The position numbers were made by a program, and so were the translations under genes. Below the pieces are notes generated by a model. That model was not told where the DNA came from. It worked only from the letters and a program-made list of their open reading frames with translations, and did no database searches. Source: a virus. From it: DNA of 64,000 bases. Below, piece by piece: positions 35,710-44,729 of this stretch (position 1 is the stretch's first letter; the number at the start of each line of letters is the position of its first letter). The stretch covers positions 1 through 64,000 of the IMG/VR virus record IMGVR_UViG_3300043571_000313; one strand, given 5' to 3'.

Positions 35710-36051
35710 TTACTCGACTTCCTCCACCCAAGCGGCGGCGAACTTGGGGTCGGCGGCGGCGGCGGCTTCGACGGCCCGCTGAGATGCCTCGCCGAGCGCC
35801 TGCTCGCCCTCGCCTAGCCATTCGATAAGCTCGGCCGGGGCGGGGAAGGAACTGGCGGTGCGACGAGTGCGCTCGCCCTCCCACAGGCTGCATCGCTCGA
35901 TGCGGGCGATGTAACGCTCGCTTTGGGTGCGGTAAATCTCGACCGTCGTCCAGCGGGTCGAGTTGTGATCCCTGTTGGAGCCAACGGCGATCCTCTCGCC
36001 TGTGAAAACGATGGGGGGTAGGCCATCGCGCTTGATCGTGATCTTGTTCAT
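35710..36051 (-). CDS. hypothetical protein
   Basis: ATG 36051: MNKITIKRDG.PPIVFTGE...RWT.VEIYRT. Confidence 0.6.
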   Translation of the reverse strand: MNKITIKRDGLPPIVFTGERIAVGSNRDHNSTRWTTVEIYRTQSERYIARIERCSLWEGERTRRTASSFPAPAELIEWLGEGEQALGEASQRAVEAAAAADPKFAAAWVEEVE

Positions 36052-36289
36052 GTCTGTGTGTGTGCCGCTGTCGTCGGTCGCGTGCGTCACCGGAGCAGAC
36101 GGGTTTCGGTCTGCCAGCGATTGCTCATTGGATACGAGAAGGGCCACGCTTGCGGCGCGGCCTGGGTTGAGGGGTGGCTGGCGATTGGAGGACGGCGATG
36201 TAGCGGCAGCTACAATGCGGGCGAAGGGATCGCATCGCTGCGATCTGATCCGCGTTCAGCGGCTTTGGTTTTGTCATTGGGATTGCGCT

Positions 36290-36511
36290 TCAGTCATCAC
36301 GGTACGGCAGCCGCAGACGCGGCGACTCAACGACGGCGAGCGCCGGATCGTTGAGGGCTGGCGTCGTGCGGCCGTACTTGGCACCGCTGCGCTGACGCAG
36401 CAGGCGTGCCTTGGCCTGGTGCCAGGTGCGGGCCTCGCCGCGCCGGACCATGAGGTCGGCGGCGCGATCGAGGGGCATGTCACGAGGTATGGGGCGGAAG
36501 CCGGTGTTCAT
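36290..36511 (-). CDS. small hypothetical protein
   Basis: Coupled small ORF. Confidence 0.45.
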   Translation of the reverse strand: MNTGFRPIPRDMPLDRAADLMVRRGEARTWHQAKARLLRQRSGAKYGRTTPALNDPALAVVESPRLRLPYRDD

Positions 36512-36705
36512 ATGGCACCCCCTTTCTTGCTAAAAACCTGACCGCCTAGCGATTTGGCTAGACGTTGGGCATCGCGCTTTGCGTTGCGTCCGCAGAAGTA
36601 TCCGCAAGGGCGTCCCGTGCGGTGGGTGGCGACCCAGTATTTCCTTTGGTCGTTGTTCAAGAGGCACTTCCTTCGGCGCGGGCCTTGGTCGATGGCGGTG
36701 TTCAT
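36508..36705 (-). CDS. small hypothetical protein
   Basis: ATGA-coupled small ORF. Confidence 0.45.
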   Translation of the reverse strand: MNTAIDQGPRRRKCLLNNDQRKYWVATHRTGRPCGYFCGRNAKRDAQRLAKSLGGQVFSKKGGAI

Positions 36706-36899
36706 GTGGCGGTGTCGTCCTCACTCGGTTCGACGTAGGCAAAGCACCCGCACTCAGGGCACTCGCCAGCCGGAACAATTCCTCCGACGTCGAGCCGTTC
36801 GGCGAGGCGGTGGATCTCGTGCAGGGTCTTGCCCAGTTCACGATACGGGCCGCTCCAATCGCAGTCATCGCAGCGGCATTCGGTAGTGTCACTTGTCAT
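36702..36899 (-). CDS. small Zn-ribbon protein
   Basis: ATG 36899: CDDCDW...PAGECPECG. Confidence 0.6.
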   Translation of the reverse strand: MTSDTTECRCDDCDWSGPYRELGKTLHEIHRLAERLDVGGIVPAGECPECGCFAYVEPSEDDTAT

Positions 36900-37236
36900 G
36901 GTCGAGATCTCCACGCCGAGCGAGCTCGGCCATGAGCAGCAGGCCGAAGGCGCGGGCGTTCTGGGCTTTGTAGTAACAGCGGGGCCTTGGCCTGATGTCG
37001 TAATGAAAGCGAAGAAGGTCCGGCCACCATGCGCCCGATGCACTGGCCTTCGCCGGCTTGAAGTAGCGCAAGAATGCGTCGCGCATCTGAACATTGATGC
37101 CCCAATCTTCAGGGGAGGCTGAGTCGATAGCGGTGCAGGCATAGTAATGCTCCCGCGTGACGATATACCCGGCGGCGAGCGTGAAGACCGCAGCCATCTC
37201 GGCGCGCTGGCGTTTGGTTCTTGGAGTCGGCTTCAT
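36889..37236 (-). CDS. hypothetical protein
   Basis: 115-aa ORF in operon. Confidence 0.55.
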   Translation of the reverse strand: MKPTPRTKRQRAEMAAVFTLAAGYIVTREHYYACTAIDSASPEDWGINVQMRDAFLRYFKPAKASASGAWWPDLLRFHYDIRPRPRCYYKAQNARAFGLLLMAELARRGDLDHDK

Positions 37237-37237
37237 G

Positions 37238-37426
37238 TCAGGAGTGCTCCTCGTAGGCGCAGATCAGGCAGACCTTGCGGCCACCGGACAGCGTGGTTGC
37301 GGGACGACTGAGGCACTTCGGGCAGAGCGGAGATGCCTGCGGCTTGGGTGCACGGCGGCGGGTCAGGTAGCCGACGAGCAGGATGCCGGCGGCGATCGCG
37401 ACTGCGATGATGATGGCGGTGTTCAC
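37238..37426 (-). CDS. small membrane-anchored Zn-ribbon protein
   Basis: N-terminal TM helix, then CPKC...CLIC. Confidence 0.55.
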   Translation of the reverse strand: MNTAIIIAVAIAAGILLVGYLTRRRAPKPQASPLCPKCLSRPATTLSGGRKVCLICAYEEHS

Positions 37427-37695
37427 TTAACGCCCTCCTTCGGTGGTTGAGTTTTCTTCGGGTAAAGAACGGCGTGTGCTTTCGCCAACGCCTCCTTGCT
37501 CAGGCACGCGCCGACCCACATGTCGGTCATGCGGTATGCGTGCCTGGTGAAATTGATGTCGCCCATGACCACGCGCAGCGCAGCGACGGCGTCGTCGCGC
37601 TCCTTCTCGAGCTCCTCGAGGCGGTCGGCGACGATGTCCGCCGTGGCTGGCGACATGAGGGTGCGCAGTAATGCGCGGTTCAGTTTTTGAATCAC
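37423..37695 (-). CDS. hypothetical protein
   Basis: GTG 37695 coupled to the upstream stop; ADRLEELE motif. Confidence 0.55.
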   Translation of the reverse strand: MIQKLNRALLRTLMSPATADIVADRLEELEKERDDAVAALRVVMGDINFTRHAYRMTDMWVGACLSKEALAKAHAVLYPKKTQPPKEGVK

Positions 37696-38402
37696 GCTGC
37701 CACCTCCTTCACGTCCGCCGCGGCGACTGCCTTCGCCTTGCCACCAAGGAAGCGAACGTGCCGCCACTCGGTCGGTGCGACGTAGTCATAGTATTCGTCG
37801 AGCTGCTTCACCGGGAAGCCGGCTGCCTTCCACGCCTCGAAGTATTCATTGCGGGTGCTGCGGATCAGGTCGCCATTGCGTGCCTCGAGGATGAGCATGG
37901 CGCGCGCCTCGTCTTCATCGCGGGCAACGCAGCCCCAGTAGCAACCAGAGCTGGAATTCATCGTCTCCCAGTCGTCGCGCCACGCCTTCCACTCAGGCCC
38001 CTTGTATGTCGAGAGCGTGACGTACTCCGAGTGCCGGCGACAATACATGACCTGCTCGGCCTTCAACTCATCGAGGGTGATGGCCCACTGCATCGGATCA
38101 CTGATCGGGCGATCCCGCTTCTTGCCGTGCTGGCGCACGAGCTTCGCCATGAGCGCACCCATGCCGATGAACGCATCGGGGGTGCAGTGCTCGCCATCGG
38201 CGCTGCATCCGTAGTAGAGGAGCGCGCCATCCTCTTTGACTTCGGACTTGGTGGCTTGGAAGCGGAGCTTCAGGAACGGCAGGTTGTTGTTGTAGAGCTT
38301 CGCGACCGCGATGTTCAGATGCGTGACGACGTAGTCGCCGCGCACGTCCTGACTGATGTGATAGATCAGCCGGCCGGGCTTGATCGGATGGGTTGGTTTC
38401 AT
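37692..38402 (-). CDS. hypothetical protein
   Basis: ATG 38402 (MKPTHPIK...), ends EVAA. Confidence 0.6.
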   Translation of the reverse strand: MKPTHPIKPGRLIYHISQDVRGDYVVTHLNIAVAKLYNNNLPFLKLRFQATKSEVKEDGALLYYGCSADGEHCTPDAFIGMGALMAKLVRQHGKKRDRPISDPMQWAITLDELKAEQVMYCRRHSEYVTLSTYKGPEWKAWRDDWETMNSSSGCYWGCVARDEDEARAMLILEARNGDLIRSTRNEYFEAWKAAGFPVKQLDEYYDYVAPTEWRHVRFLGGKAKAVAAADVKEVAA

Positions 38403-38653
38403 GAGAGAGTGAGATCGGGTTGGGGATTGGGTGGCGTCACGATCCGCAGCATCCCCATCCGACGGAGCCAGCAGCGGCGGGCGCGCGGCGTGTCGTTGAG
38501 GATGTGCGGTCGGCGGGTGGCGTACCGTTGCTGGCGCACGTAGCCCCGGGCGAAGATCTCGCACCGGGACCACGTCGCCGGCCCGAAGATCAGCTCGGCC
38601 TCACGCCATGGCGTAGTGACCAGCACGATACTCGGGCGGTTGCCTGCGGGCAT
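38399..38653 (-). CDS. hypothetical protein
   Basis: Coupled ORF. Confidence 0.5.
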   Translation of the reverse strand: MPAGNRPSIVLVTTPWREAELIFGPATWSRCEIFARGYVRQQRYATRRPHILNDTPRARRCWLRRMGMLRIVTPPNPQPDLTLS

Positions 38654-38656
38654 GGG

Positions 38657-39103
38657 TTACTTGCGGGACTCAGCCTTGGCGATCAGCTCGGCGTGGATTT
38701 TCTCCACGGCGCGGAGCGTTTCGACGTAGCGCTGGATGTGGGAAAGGGTTCCTAGATCGATTATCGACCAGCCGTCGTCATTGATGGTGACTGCGGCTGC
38801 GATCTGCCCTCCATGGAGCTTGTCCACGCGGATCATGGTCTGCCCCAGCGTGGCGAAAGCACCACCGCTATACTCATAGCCCGATTCGTGCGAGCCGTGG
38901 TACGGAATGCCACGAGGCAGGCCACGGCAGCCGAAGCCATCGTCGCCAGTGCCGACGCCGAGGGCGTAGTTCATTTCCTCGGCGAACAGGTTGGCGACAG
39001 GTGAATCGGATTCGTCATCAAACTCATCCGTGAAGCCGAGATCCTTGAACAGGTGGGCGTACTCACGCGCCACCGTCACTTGCATATAGCAGCGGTCTCC
39101 CAT
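38657..39103 (-). CDS. hypothetical protein
   Basis: 148 aa, MGDRCY start. Confidence 0.6.
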   Translation of the reverse strand: MGDRCYMQVTVAREYAHLFKDLGFTDEFDDESDSPVANLFAEEMNYALGVGTGDDGFGCRGLPRGIPYHGSHESGYEYSGGAFATLGQTMIRVDKLHGGQIAAAVTINDDGWSIIDLGTLSHIQRYVETLRAVEKIHAELIAKAESRK

Positions 39104-39278
39104 TGTAGTGTGTGGTTGAGGGTTGTGTTTTACGTTTCAAAGTGGGCGTGTTGCCCATAGGTGGAGGTAACAAGCACGCTGAATCAGTCGTGCTCGGGGT
39201 CCTTCGCTATCCGGCAGATCGCGACGATGAGGGCCGACGCGATCAGCAGCGCGAGGCCGCCGAGGGTGAGGAGGGTTG

Positions 39279-39686
39279 TCATGGGGAGGGAGGGATGCCG
39301 AGCGCACGCTTGATGTCGCGATCGGTGGTGATGAAGACCTTGTCGTCGGAGAGGCGCTTGATGAGGAACGCTTTTCCCAGTGCCCTGGCGCGGTAGCCGT
39401 GCAGCACGTAGCTGTCGCGGCCGAGCGTGAACACCTGGGTCAGGTGCGCTTCGGTGAGGCCGAGGAACCGATACGATTGCTTGAGATAGGCCTGCTCCTT
39501 GGTCACGGCCACGCCCTCCGGGCTGATGACACGGACCTCCAGCTTGTAGGTGGCGTTCATCAGGGTGAAGGAGGCGTTGCACGCCTCGAGTTCGACGCCG
39601 TGCTTAAGGCCGACGGCCTTGAGTGCGGCGTTAATGTCCGGCCGCAGCGCGGCGAGGAGATCCTTTGATATGGTGGATGGGTTCAT
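39279..39686 (-). CDS. hypothetical protein
   Basis: ATG 39686; LRPDINAALKAVG.KHGV motif; coupled. Confidence 0.6.
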   Translation of the reverse strand: MNPSTISKDLLAALRPDINAALKAVGLKHGVELEACNASFTLMNATYKLEVRVISPEGVAVTKEQAYLKQSYRFLGLTEAHLTQVFTLGRDSYVLHGYRARALGKAFLIKRLSDDKVFITTDRDIKRALGIPPSP

Positions 39687-39952
39687 GGCGGGGAAATCCA
39701 AGCTGATCCGGGCGTACGGAGGGTCACATGCCCCTCGATGGTGCAGATGACGGCGAAATCCGACACCCTCCGGCCTTTGCGATCCGCTGGCGCGAGGCGG
39801 CGAAAGGCCTCATCCTGTGCATCTGCCTGCGCCTGTGACGCGAATTGCCTGGTCATATAGGCCACGTAGTAGTTGCGGGAGTGGCGACGTGAGCACCGAT
39901 CGAATGGATCGAGCTGCTCGTCAGGGTAGCGCAGGAGGATGGTGTATTTCAT
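39683..39952 (-). CDS. hypothetical protein
   Basis: MKYTILLRYPD...EGH. Confidence 0.6.
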   Translation of the reverse strand: MKYTILLRYPDEQLDPFDRCSRRHSRNYYVAYMTRQFASQAQADAQDEAFRRLAPADRKGRRVSDFAVICTIEGHVTLRTPGSAWISPP

Positions 39953-39976
39953 GGGAAAGTCAGTCTTCCACCCGGG

Positions 39977-40285
39977 CTACGATGCATCGTCGACTTTGTC
40001 TTCCCATCGTGCTTCAATGCGCGAATGCATTGAGGCATTCCCGGGTGACAACAGGCGAATACTGGCCCCAGCGGGCACCACATAGGAGTCTTCGCCACCG
40101 GCGGATCTCCAATAGAACTCGACGGCCCTCGCTAAGGTTACCGGCTCGTTTGAGAGCCATACGTGCTCCGTTGTGCCATCAGCACGGGAGAAGAAGCGAT
40201 TGAGTTTGGACGAATCAACAATGGACTCGACTGGTAGATGGTGACGGGATGACGGAATAATGACTGTTTTCATGAGATGTGTCAT
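39977..40285 (-). CDS. hypothetical protein
   Basis: ATG 40285 coupled to the upstream stop. Confidence 0.45.
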   Translation of the reverse strand: MTHLMKTVIIPSSRHHLPVESIVDSSKLNRFFSRADGTTEHVWLSNEPVTLARAVEFYWRSAGGEDSYVVPAGASIRLLSPGNASMHSRIEARWEDKVDDAS

Positions 40286-40584
40286 GGCACGGCCTCCCAC
40301 CCGAAGGGTTTGCATACGAAGCGGAGGTAACGGTCGGGGACGCCGGTGATGATGACCTCATCGCCGACGGAGAGCGACGGCATGCGCATGCCAAGCAGTG
40401 ACATCAGCTCACTGCCATCGACGGCATTGAACTGGCGGAAGACCCAGCGCAGCAAGGCGCCGGTGTCGAGGGAGGTCACGCTGGTCATCTGCTCATTGCG
40501 GATGGTCAGCGACGAGTAGCGATAGGGCTGCGCAGCCTGCGGGTTGTGGTCCAGCTGGCGGATCGTGATGGTGATGGTGTCCAT
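40282..40584 (-). CDS. hypothetical protein (YodL-like SLSVGD motif)
   Basis: VFRQFN...PSLSVGDEV...C.PFGW. Confidence 0.6.
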   Translation of the reverse strand: MDTITITIRQLDHNPQAAQPYRYSSLTIRNEQMTSVTSLDTGALLRWVFRQFNAVDGSELMSLLGMRMPSLSVGDEVIITGVPDRYLRFVCKPFGWEAVP

Positions 40585-40593
40585 GGGAAAGTG

Positions 40594-41043
40594 TCAGTCT
40601 TCCACCCGGCGGATGTACCAGGCGCCGCCGGAGCGGAGTGATTCGTAACGCGATGAGCCAAGGATGCTCGAGATGAGGAGCAAGTCCTCGATGAAGTTGC
40701 CGCCGTCGTTGGGCGGGTTGGGATACGGCACCCAGCCAGCGGACGGGGACCGCAGCGGCGGCGGGGCAAGGCGGTGCGGCAGCTTGCACGGCACGACGTG
40801 GATGCCGTGCACCTTGGCCACGATGCGGCCACGGTAGGCGAACTCGTCGCCGTCCTTGATGGCGTCCGAGCATTGGCGCAGATCGTAGAGGCAGCCCAGC
40901 GCGTCGCCGTTCCAGCGGCGCGGGATGATGGGTTCGCCCTCGTCGGAGCGGGTGAAGAGGAGCGTGTCCTCCTCGTCTGCCTCGAGATCGGGGATGTTGA
41001 CGTAAAGGCCGCTATTGTAAGCGGTGATTTTCCAGGTGGTCAT
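40594..41043 (-). CDS. hypothetical protein
   Basis: ATG 41043 (MTTWKIT...). Confidence 0.55.
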   Translation of the reverse strand: MTTWKITAYNSGLYVNIPDLEADEEDTLLFTRSDEGEPIIPRRWNGDALGCLYDLRQCSDAIKDGDEFAYRGRIVAKVHGIHVVPCKLPHRLAPPPLRSPSAGWVPYPNPPNDGGNFIEDLLLISSILGSSRYESLRSGGAWYIRRVED

Positions 41044-41274
41044 GGGAAATAGTCGCGCCGTGGGCCGCACGGCGCGCATTGGACTGTGGGTTGTGATCAG
41101 GCAGCGGTGAGGCCGCCCATAAACTCGCCGTGATGAGTGTCCGCCCGTGCTCGACGGGCATAGCGGCGACTGGCGGCGGCTTCCGCCAGTCCCCATGGAC
41201 ACTCGCCTTAAAGATTTCGGGTGGCATCGAGGTGGCTTCTGCCCCACCTGCCTCTTGGCCCACCCAGCAAAGTC

Positions 41275-41466
41275 TCAGGTCGAATGCAGACCGCACCGGC
41301 GGCGCGGCTTAAATCCAAGGATGTCCGCCACGCTGGCGGCCGGGCGGGCTACGGGCTTCGGAGGCGGCGTGCGATCCTCGATAGTGACGGAGCGCGGGGC
41401 GTAGCCGTAGCGCTGTTCATGTTTGCGGGCCGAGGCCTGCTCCCAGATCTGATTTAGTTGGCTCAT
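41275..41466 (-). CDS. small hypothetical protein
   Basis: ATG 41466 (MSQLNQIW...). Confidence 0.45.
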   Translation of the reverse strand: MSQLNQIWEQASARKHEQRYGYAPRSVTIEDRTPPPKPVARPAASVADILGFKPRRRCGLHST

Positions 41467-41482
41467 GGCAATAGAGTTGAGG

Positions 41483-41767
41483 TTACACTTTCGAAAAGGA
41501 ATGCCGCACCGTCGTGGGCGCATGCACCCAGTTGCCCGGCGTCATCAGCTGCGGCGCTGACATCAGGCGGTGGTCGCCCTTCAGGCGATGCTTGGACATG
41601 ACGCGAAAGGCCTCGCCCTTCCGCATGTGAAAGCGCCCACCGTCCAAGGCCGCAGGCAGGAACGAAACCGGCCGGGGGCGCACGGCCACGGCCACCCGAC
41701 CAAGCTGCCCCAGGGCATCCGCCGGCAGATGCCACTTGCTCAGACCCCGGCGAGCGTCCGCGCTCAT
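41483..41767 (-). CDS. hypothetical protein
   Basis: ATG 41767 coupled to the upstream stop. Confidence 0.45.
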   Translation of the reverse strand: MSADARRGLSKWHLPADALGQLGRVAVAVRPRPVSFLPAALDGGRFHMRKGEAFRVMSKHRLKGDHRLMSAPQLMTPGNWVHAPTTVRHSFSKV

Positions 41768-42063
41768 GCCCATAGAGCCGGGCGATCGCGCGGCTCGAGA
41801 TAGCCATTGGCGAAGAGCCATTCGGCCACCGGAGCGGGCAGGGTCAGGTCGTCACCGTAGGCGAACACGATCTCCTGCCCGGCAAATTCAGGGAACACCT
41901 CGACAAAACGCGCACCGTTCGCACGGTCGCGGAAAGCGGCAAACACGCCCTTGCGCTTGACCACCGTGAAGCCGATTTCGCGCTTGCGCACGTCCCGGCG
42001 CCACTCACAGACCCGCTCGCGCAGCTTGTCGCACACGAGCGTCACCGTCAGTTTGGATTTCAT
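41764..42063 (-). CDS. hypothetical protein
   Basis: 99-aa ORF. Confidence 0.55.
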   Translation of the reverse strand: MKSKLTVTLVCDKLRERVCEWRRDVRKREIGFTVVKRKGVFAAFRDRANGARFVEVFPEFAGQEIVFAYGDDLTLPAPVAEWLFANGYLEPRDRPALWA

Positions 42064-42149
42064 ACCGATACGCGCCGGCCCCCGTGGACCGCGCGGCGTT
42101 TCGCTGGGATTTCACCAGCTCATCAGTCGGTTCGAGTCATCTCCTACCC

Positions 42150-42749
42150 TCACGCCTTCGAGGCAATCGCCGCATAGGCAGCACGCACCTGCGCGGCATG
42201 CGACGTCGCCTTCGGCTTTTCGCCGTGCGTCTTCTGGAACGTCAGCTTGGTCGTGGTCTTGGCCGCGCCCACACGAACCGTGTAGGCCACCAAGTCACCG
42301 CCGTTGTCCATCGCCTCATCGCAATACATGGCCTTGTTCGCCATCAGATCCGCCTTGCGCGCATCTGCGGTCTTTTTGACCGAAGCGCGCTGGCTGTCCG
42401 TCAGGCGGACATACTTGCCCGGCTGGTAACCCTCGGGAATCGCCGCGCCATGCGCGGTCGCCTTCAGGATCACAACCATGTGCGCCAACGTCGCCACCGG
42501 CAGCAGTGAGACGAACGCCTTGCGGGCTTCCGTCGCGTGGAACTGGGTCAACTGAACCCGCGAGTCCGCGAGATCCAGCTCACTGAGCTCCGAACCGGCG
42601 TCCGCCTCAGCGGCAGCATCTTTCGCCAACTCTTCGGCCAACACCGTGTCATCCTCCAGAATGTCGAGCAGCTTCGCGCTGGCCTCGTCATTCGAGATCA
42701 AACCCTTGTCCAACTGCGCCACGATGTCATTCTTGATCGAGTTATTCAT
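42150..42749 (-). CDS. hypothetical protein, first gene of the leftward early region
   Basis: ATG 42749; acidic N-terminal half, basic C-terminal half. Confidence 0.6.
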   Translation of the reverse strand: MNNSIKNDIVAQLDKGLISNDEASAKLLDILEDDTVLAEELAKDAAAEADAGSELSELDLADSRVQLTQFHATEARKAFVSLLPVATLAHMVVILKATAHGAAIPEGYQPGKYVRLTDSQRASVKKTADARKADLMANKAMYCDEAMDNGGDLVAYTVRVGAAKTTTKLTFQKTHGEKPKATSHAAQVRAAYAAIASKA

Positions 42750-43252
42750 GAGAAACTCGGTTCCGTCCTGCGGGGTCCGATTGGTCGCTGGCCTGAAGAG
42801 GCTTCGCGGGATCGGGTGCCCCACTATCGGGATACCGATACGCCATTTTTCACGCGCCCCGCTGTAAACCATTTCGCTTGCGACATTTGAACGGCCGTCC
42901 GCCACTTCGCCCCACTACTTTAAGTGCATTCGTGCGCTGCGGCCGAGTTCGATCCGCGTCATGCGACCCACGTAAAAAAATCCGCCGTCGAGCTAAGATT
43001 CCATCAGGTGTGATCCACGCGCCGTCGGTTGCGGTATCGTGGGATTGTAAGTCCCCTTATTGCAACCCATATGCGCTAGCTTGTTCCGGTAGCCCCCCGG
43101 CAGTCTCTCGCGGCTGACTGCTGCCTCGTGCCGGGCGAGTCGCGAACCGGTCGAGCGTTGCTCTAGACCGTCGGACTGCTAACCCTGACACCAGCAGCAA
43201 CTTGCTGACTATCAGTGACCTAACCTAGGCAGAGGTAACAGCAAAATCCGAT

Positions 43253-43270
43253 ATACCCCCCCGGGGGTAT
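43253..43270. other. G/C palindrome ATACCCCC-CC-GGGGGTAT, candidate packaging or terminus signal
   Basis: Seen directly in the long non-coding region; function inferred. Confidence 0.3.
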
Positions 43271-43388
43271 TCGGGGTTTCGACCTGGCCGCCTTCCCCGT
43301 ATATAATCCCCTCCCTCTGAACTTTCGGGCCTGGCTCGCGTGGGTGGATTCAGGCCTATTTTTCTAGGTCCATTCAGGCCTATTTCTC

Positions 43389-43787
43389 TTTTTTACAATT
43401 TGTCTCATGGGATAATTTTCCCATGAGACCACTTCCCATGAGACTGCTCGGTTTTTTACACGTTGTCTCATGGTCTCATGGGATGGGGTATTGTATAATA
43501 CCCCTCCCATGAGACCATGAGACTGTGGAAAACCGGGTGAGACCGGGTTCAGGACGGCCGTTTCGCGCCAGCTTCCGTGCCTTTAGGATTAAAAAGACCC
43601 CCCTCTTCTGCGCGCAGACCGGCTGTTTCGATCCGACAGGCCTTAAATCGCAAAGGACGGCGTTTAAATCGGTCTCATGGGAAACGCATTTTTTATCCCA
43701 TGAGACCATTTCCCATGAGACCACTTTTTACATTTCGTTTTTTACACTTTGTCTCATGGCATTCCCGTGAGACAAATTGTAAAAAAA
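43389..43787. repeat. iteron-like array of GTCTCATGG/CCATGAGAC in inverted pairs; candidate origin of replication
   Basis: At least 11 copies (43402, 43421, 43436, 43465, 43473, 43507, 43515, 43672, 43698, 43713, 43751, plus variant 43765); AT-rich; bounded by an inverted repeat TTTTTTACAATTTGTCTCAyGGGA. Confidence 0.8.
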
Positions 43788-43979
43788 CACCCTCTTTCGT
43801 TGCCCACGGTTTGAGGTTGCCATCTCGAGGCCGGTTTGCCGGCATCGGGGCGTGAGCTTGGCGCTTCTACTCCTCGTTTTGCAGAGCCGGCTGGCGTGGG
43901 CGCAGGTTCCTGAGCGCGCTTCGGCGCCTAGGGCGGTGCTTATCGCGCTGCGGGACATGCAGTTTCGGGGATTCCGCCG

Positions 43980-44090
43980 ATGAACCGGCGTGGCTTTATC
44001 CGAAACCTGCTGGCGGGTGGCGCGGTGGCGGCCGTTGCGCCGAAAGAGGCGATCGACGAGGCGGTCGGTCCGGATGATTGCCCGTTCTGA
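43980..44090 (+). CDS. 36-aa twin-arginine (Tat) signal-like peptide
   Basis: Manual translation MNRRGFIRNLLAGGAVAAVAPKEAIDEAVGPDDCPF*; too short for the ORF track. Confidence 0.55.
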   Translation: MNRRGFIRNLLAGGAVAAVAPKEAIDEAVGPDDCPF

Positions 44091-44103
44091 ACGTATTTTA
44101 CAC

Positions 44104-44451
44104 ATGAGCAGCGACACGCCACTGACGGATGCGGAGTACGTCACGACCTACGACGGCGGGGACCACCCGCATTGGGCAACAGCGGTGCGACATGGGCCGT
44201 ATGCTGGCTATTGCTACACTCAGGAGGCGGCAGACCACCTGACCAAAATGCTCAACGAACGTATCACTCTCGAACGCCGCGTCAGCCAGCTAGAGGCCCA
44301 ACTTGCCGAGGCGCGCAAGGATTCGGAGCGGTTGGCTAAAGCTGACCGGCTCGCGCTCTACGACGGGAAGGATGGGCACCGCGAGTGGTGGAGCGGAGGG
44401 ACGTGGCTCTATCCAGGTGATGAGATCATACAACTAGACGCGAAACCATGA
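44104..44451 (+). CDS. hypothetical protein
   Basis: ATG 44104; LEAQLAEARKDSERL coil; ATGA-coupled. Confidence 0.6.
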   Translation: MSSDTPLTDAEYVTTYDGGDHPHWATAVRHGPYAGYCYTQEAADHLTKMLNERITLERRVSQLEAQLAEARKDSERLAKADRLALYDGKDGHREWWSGGTWLYPGDEIIQLDAKP

Positions 44452-44729
44452 GCCCACAACGCAAAGCCAAGAAGCCCGCGAGGATTAACGGGGAAATCAA
44501 GCAGTCCATGATGCCGATACGGGACAATCGTGGCATGACGATTCGTTTTGAGGATCGCCCCAAGTATCTACAACTCCCCATCGACAACCCTGACGCGCTG
44601 GTTGAGCAGGTGGCCAACGACATGGCGGCCTATGGCCGTAGTGGACAGTATCTGTTGACATGGGAGGATATTGCCCGCGCCGCCCTGCGCTCCCTCGGTG
44701 TGCCGATTAAGGGAGGGAAAAAACCATGA
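44448..44729 (+). CDS. hypothetical protein
   Basis: ATGA-coupled at both ends. Confidence 0.6.
   Translation: MSPQRKAKKPARINGEIKQSMMPIRDNRGMTIRFEDRPKYLQLPIDNPDALVEQVANDMAAYGRSGQYLLTWEDIARAALRSLGVPIKGGKKP

Noticed and set aside
43389-43787. CRISPR array
   Set aside because: Repeats are 9-11 bp, in both orientations and irregularly spaced, and there is no cas operon. The Cas4-like nuclease sits in a recombination module.
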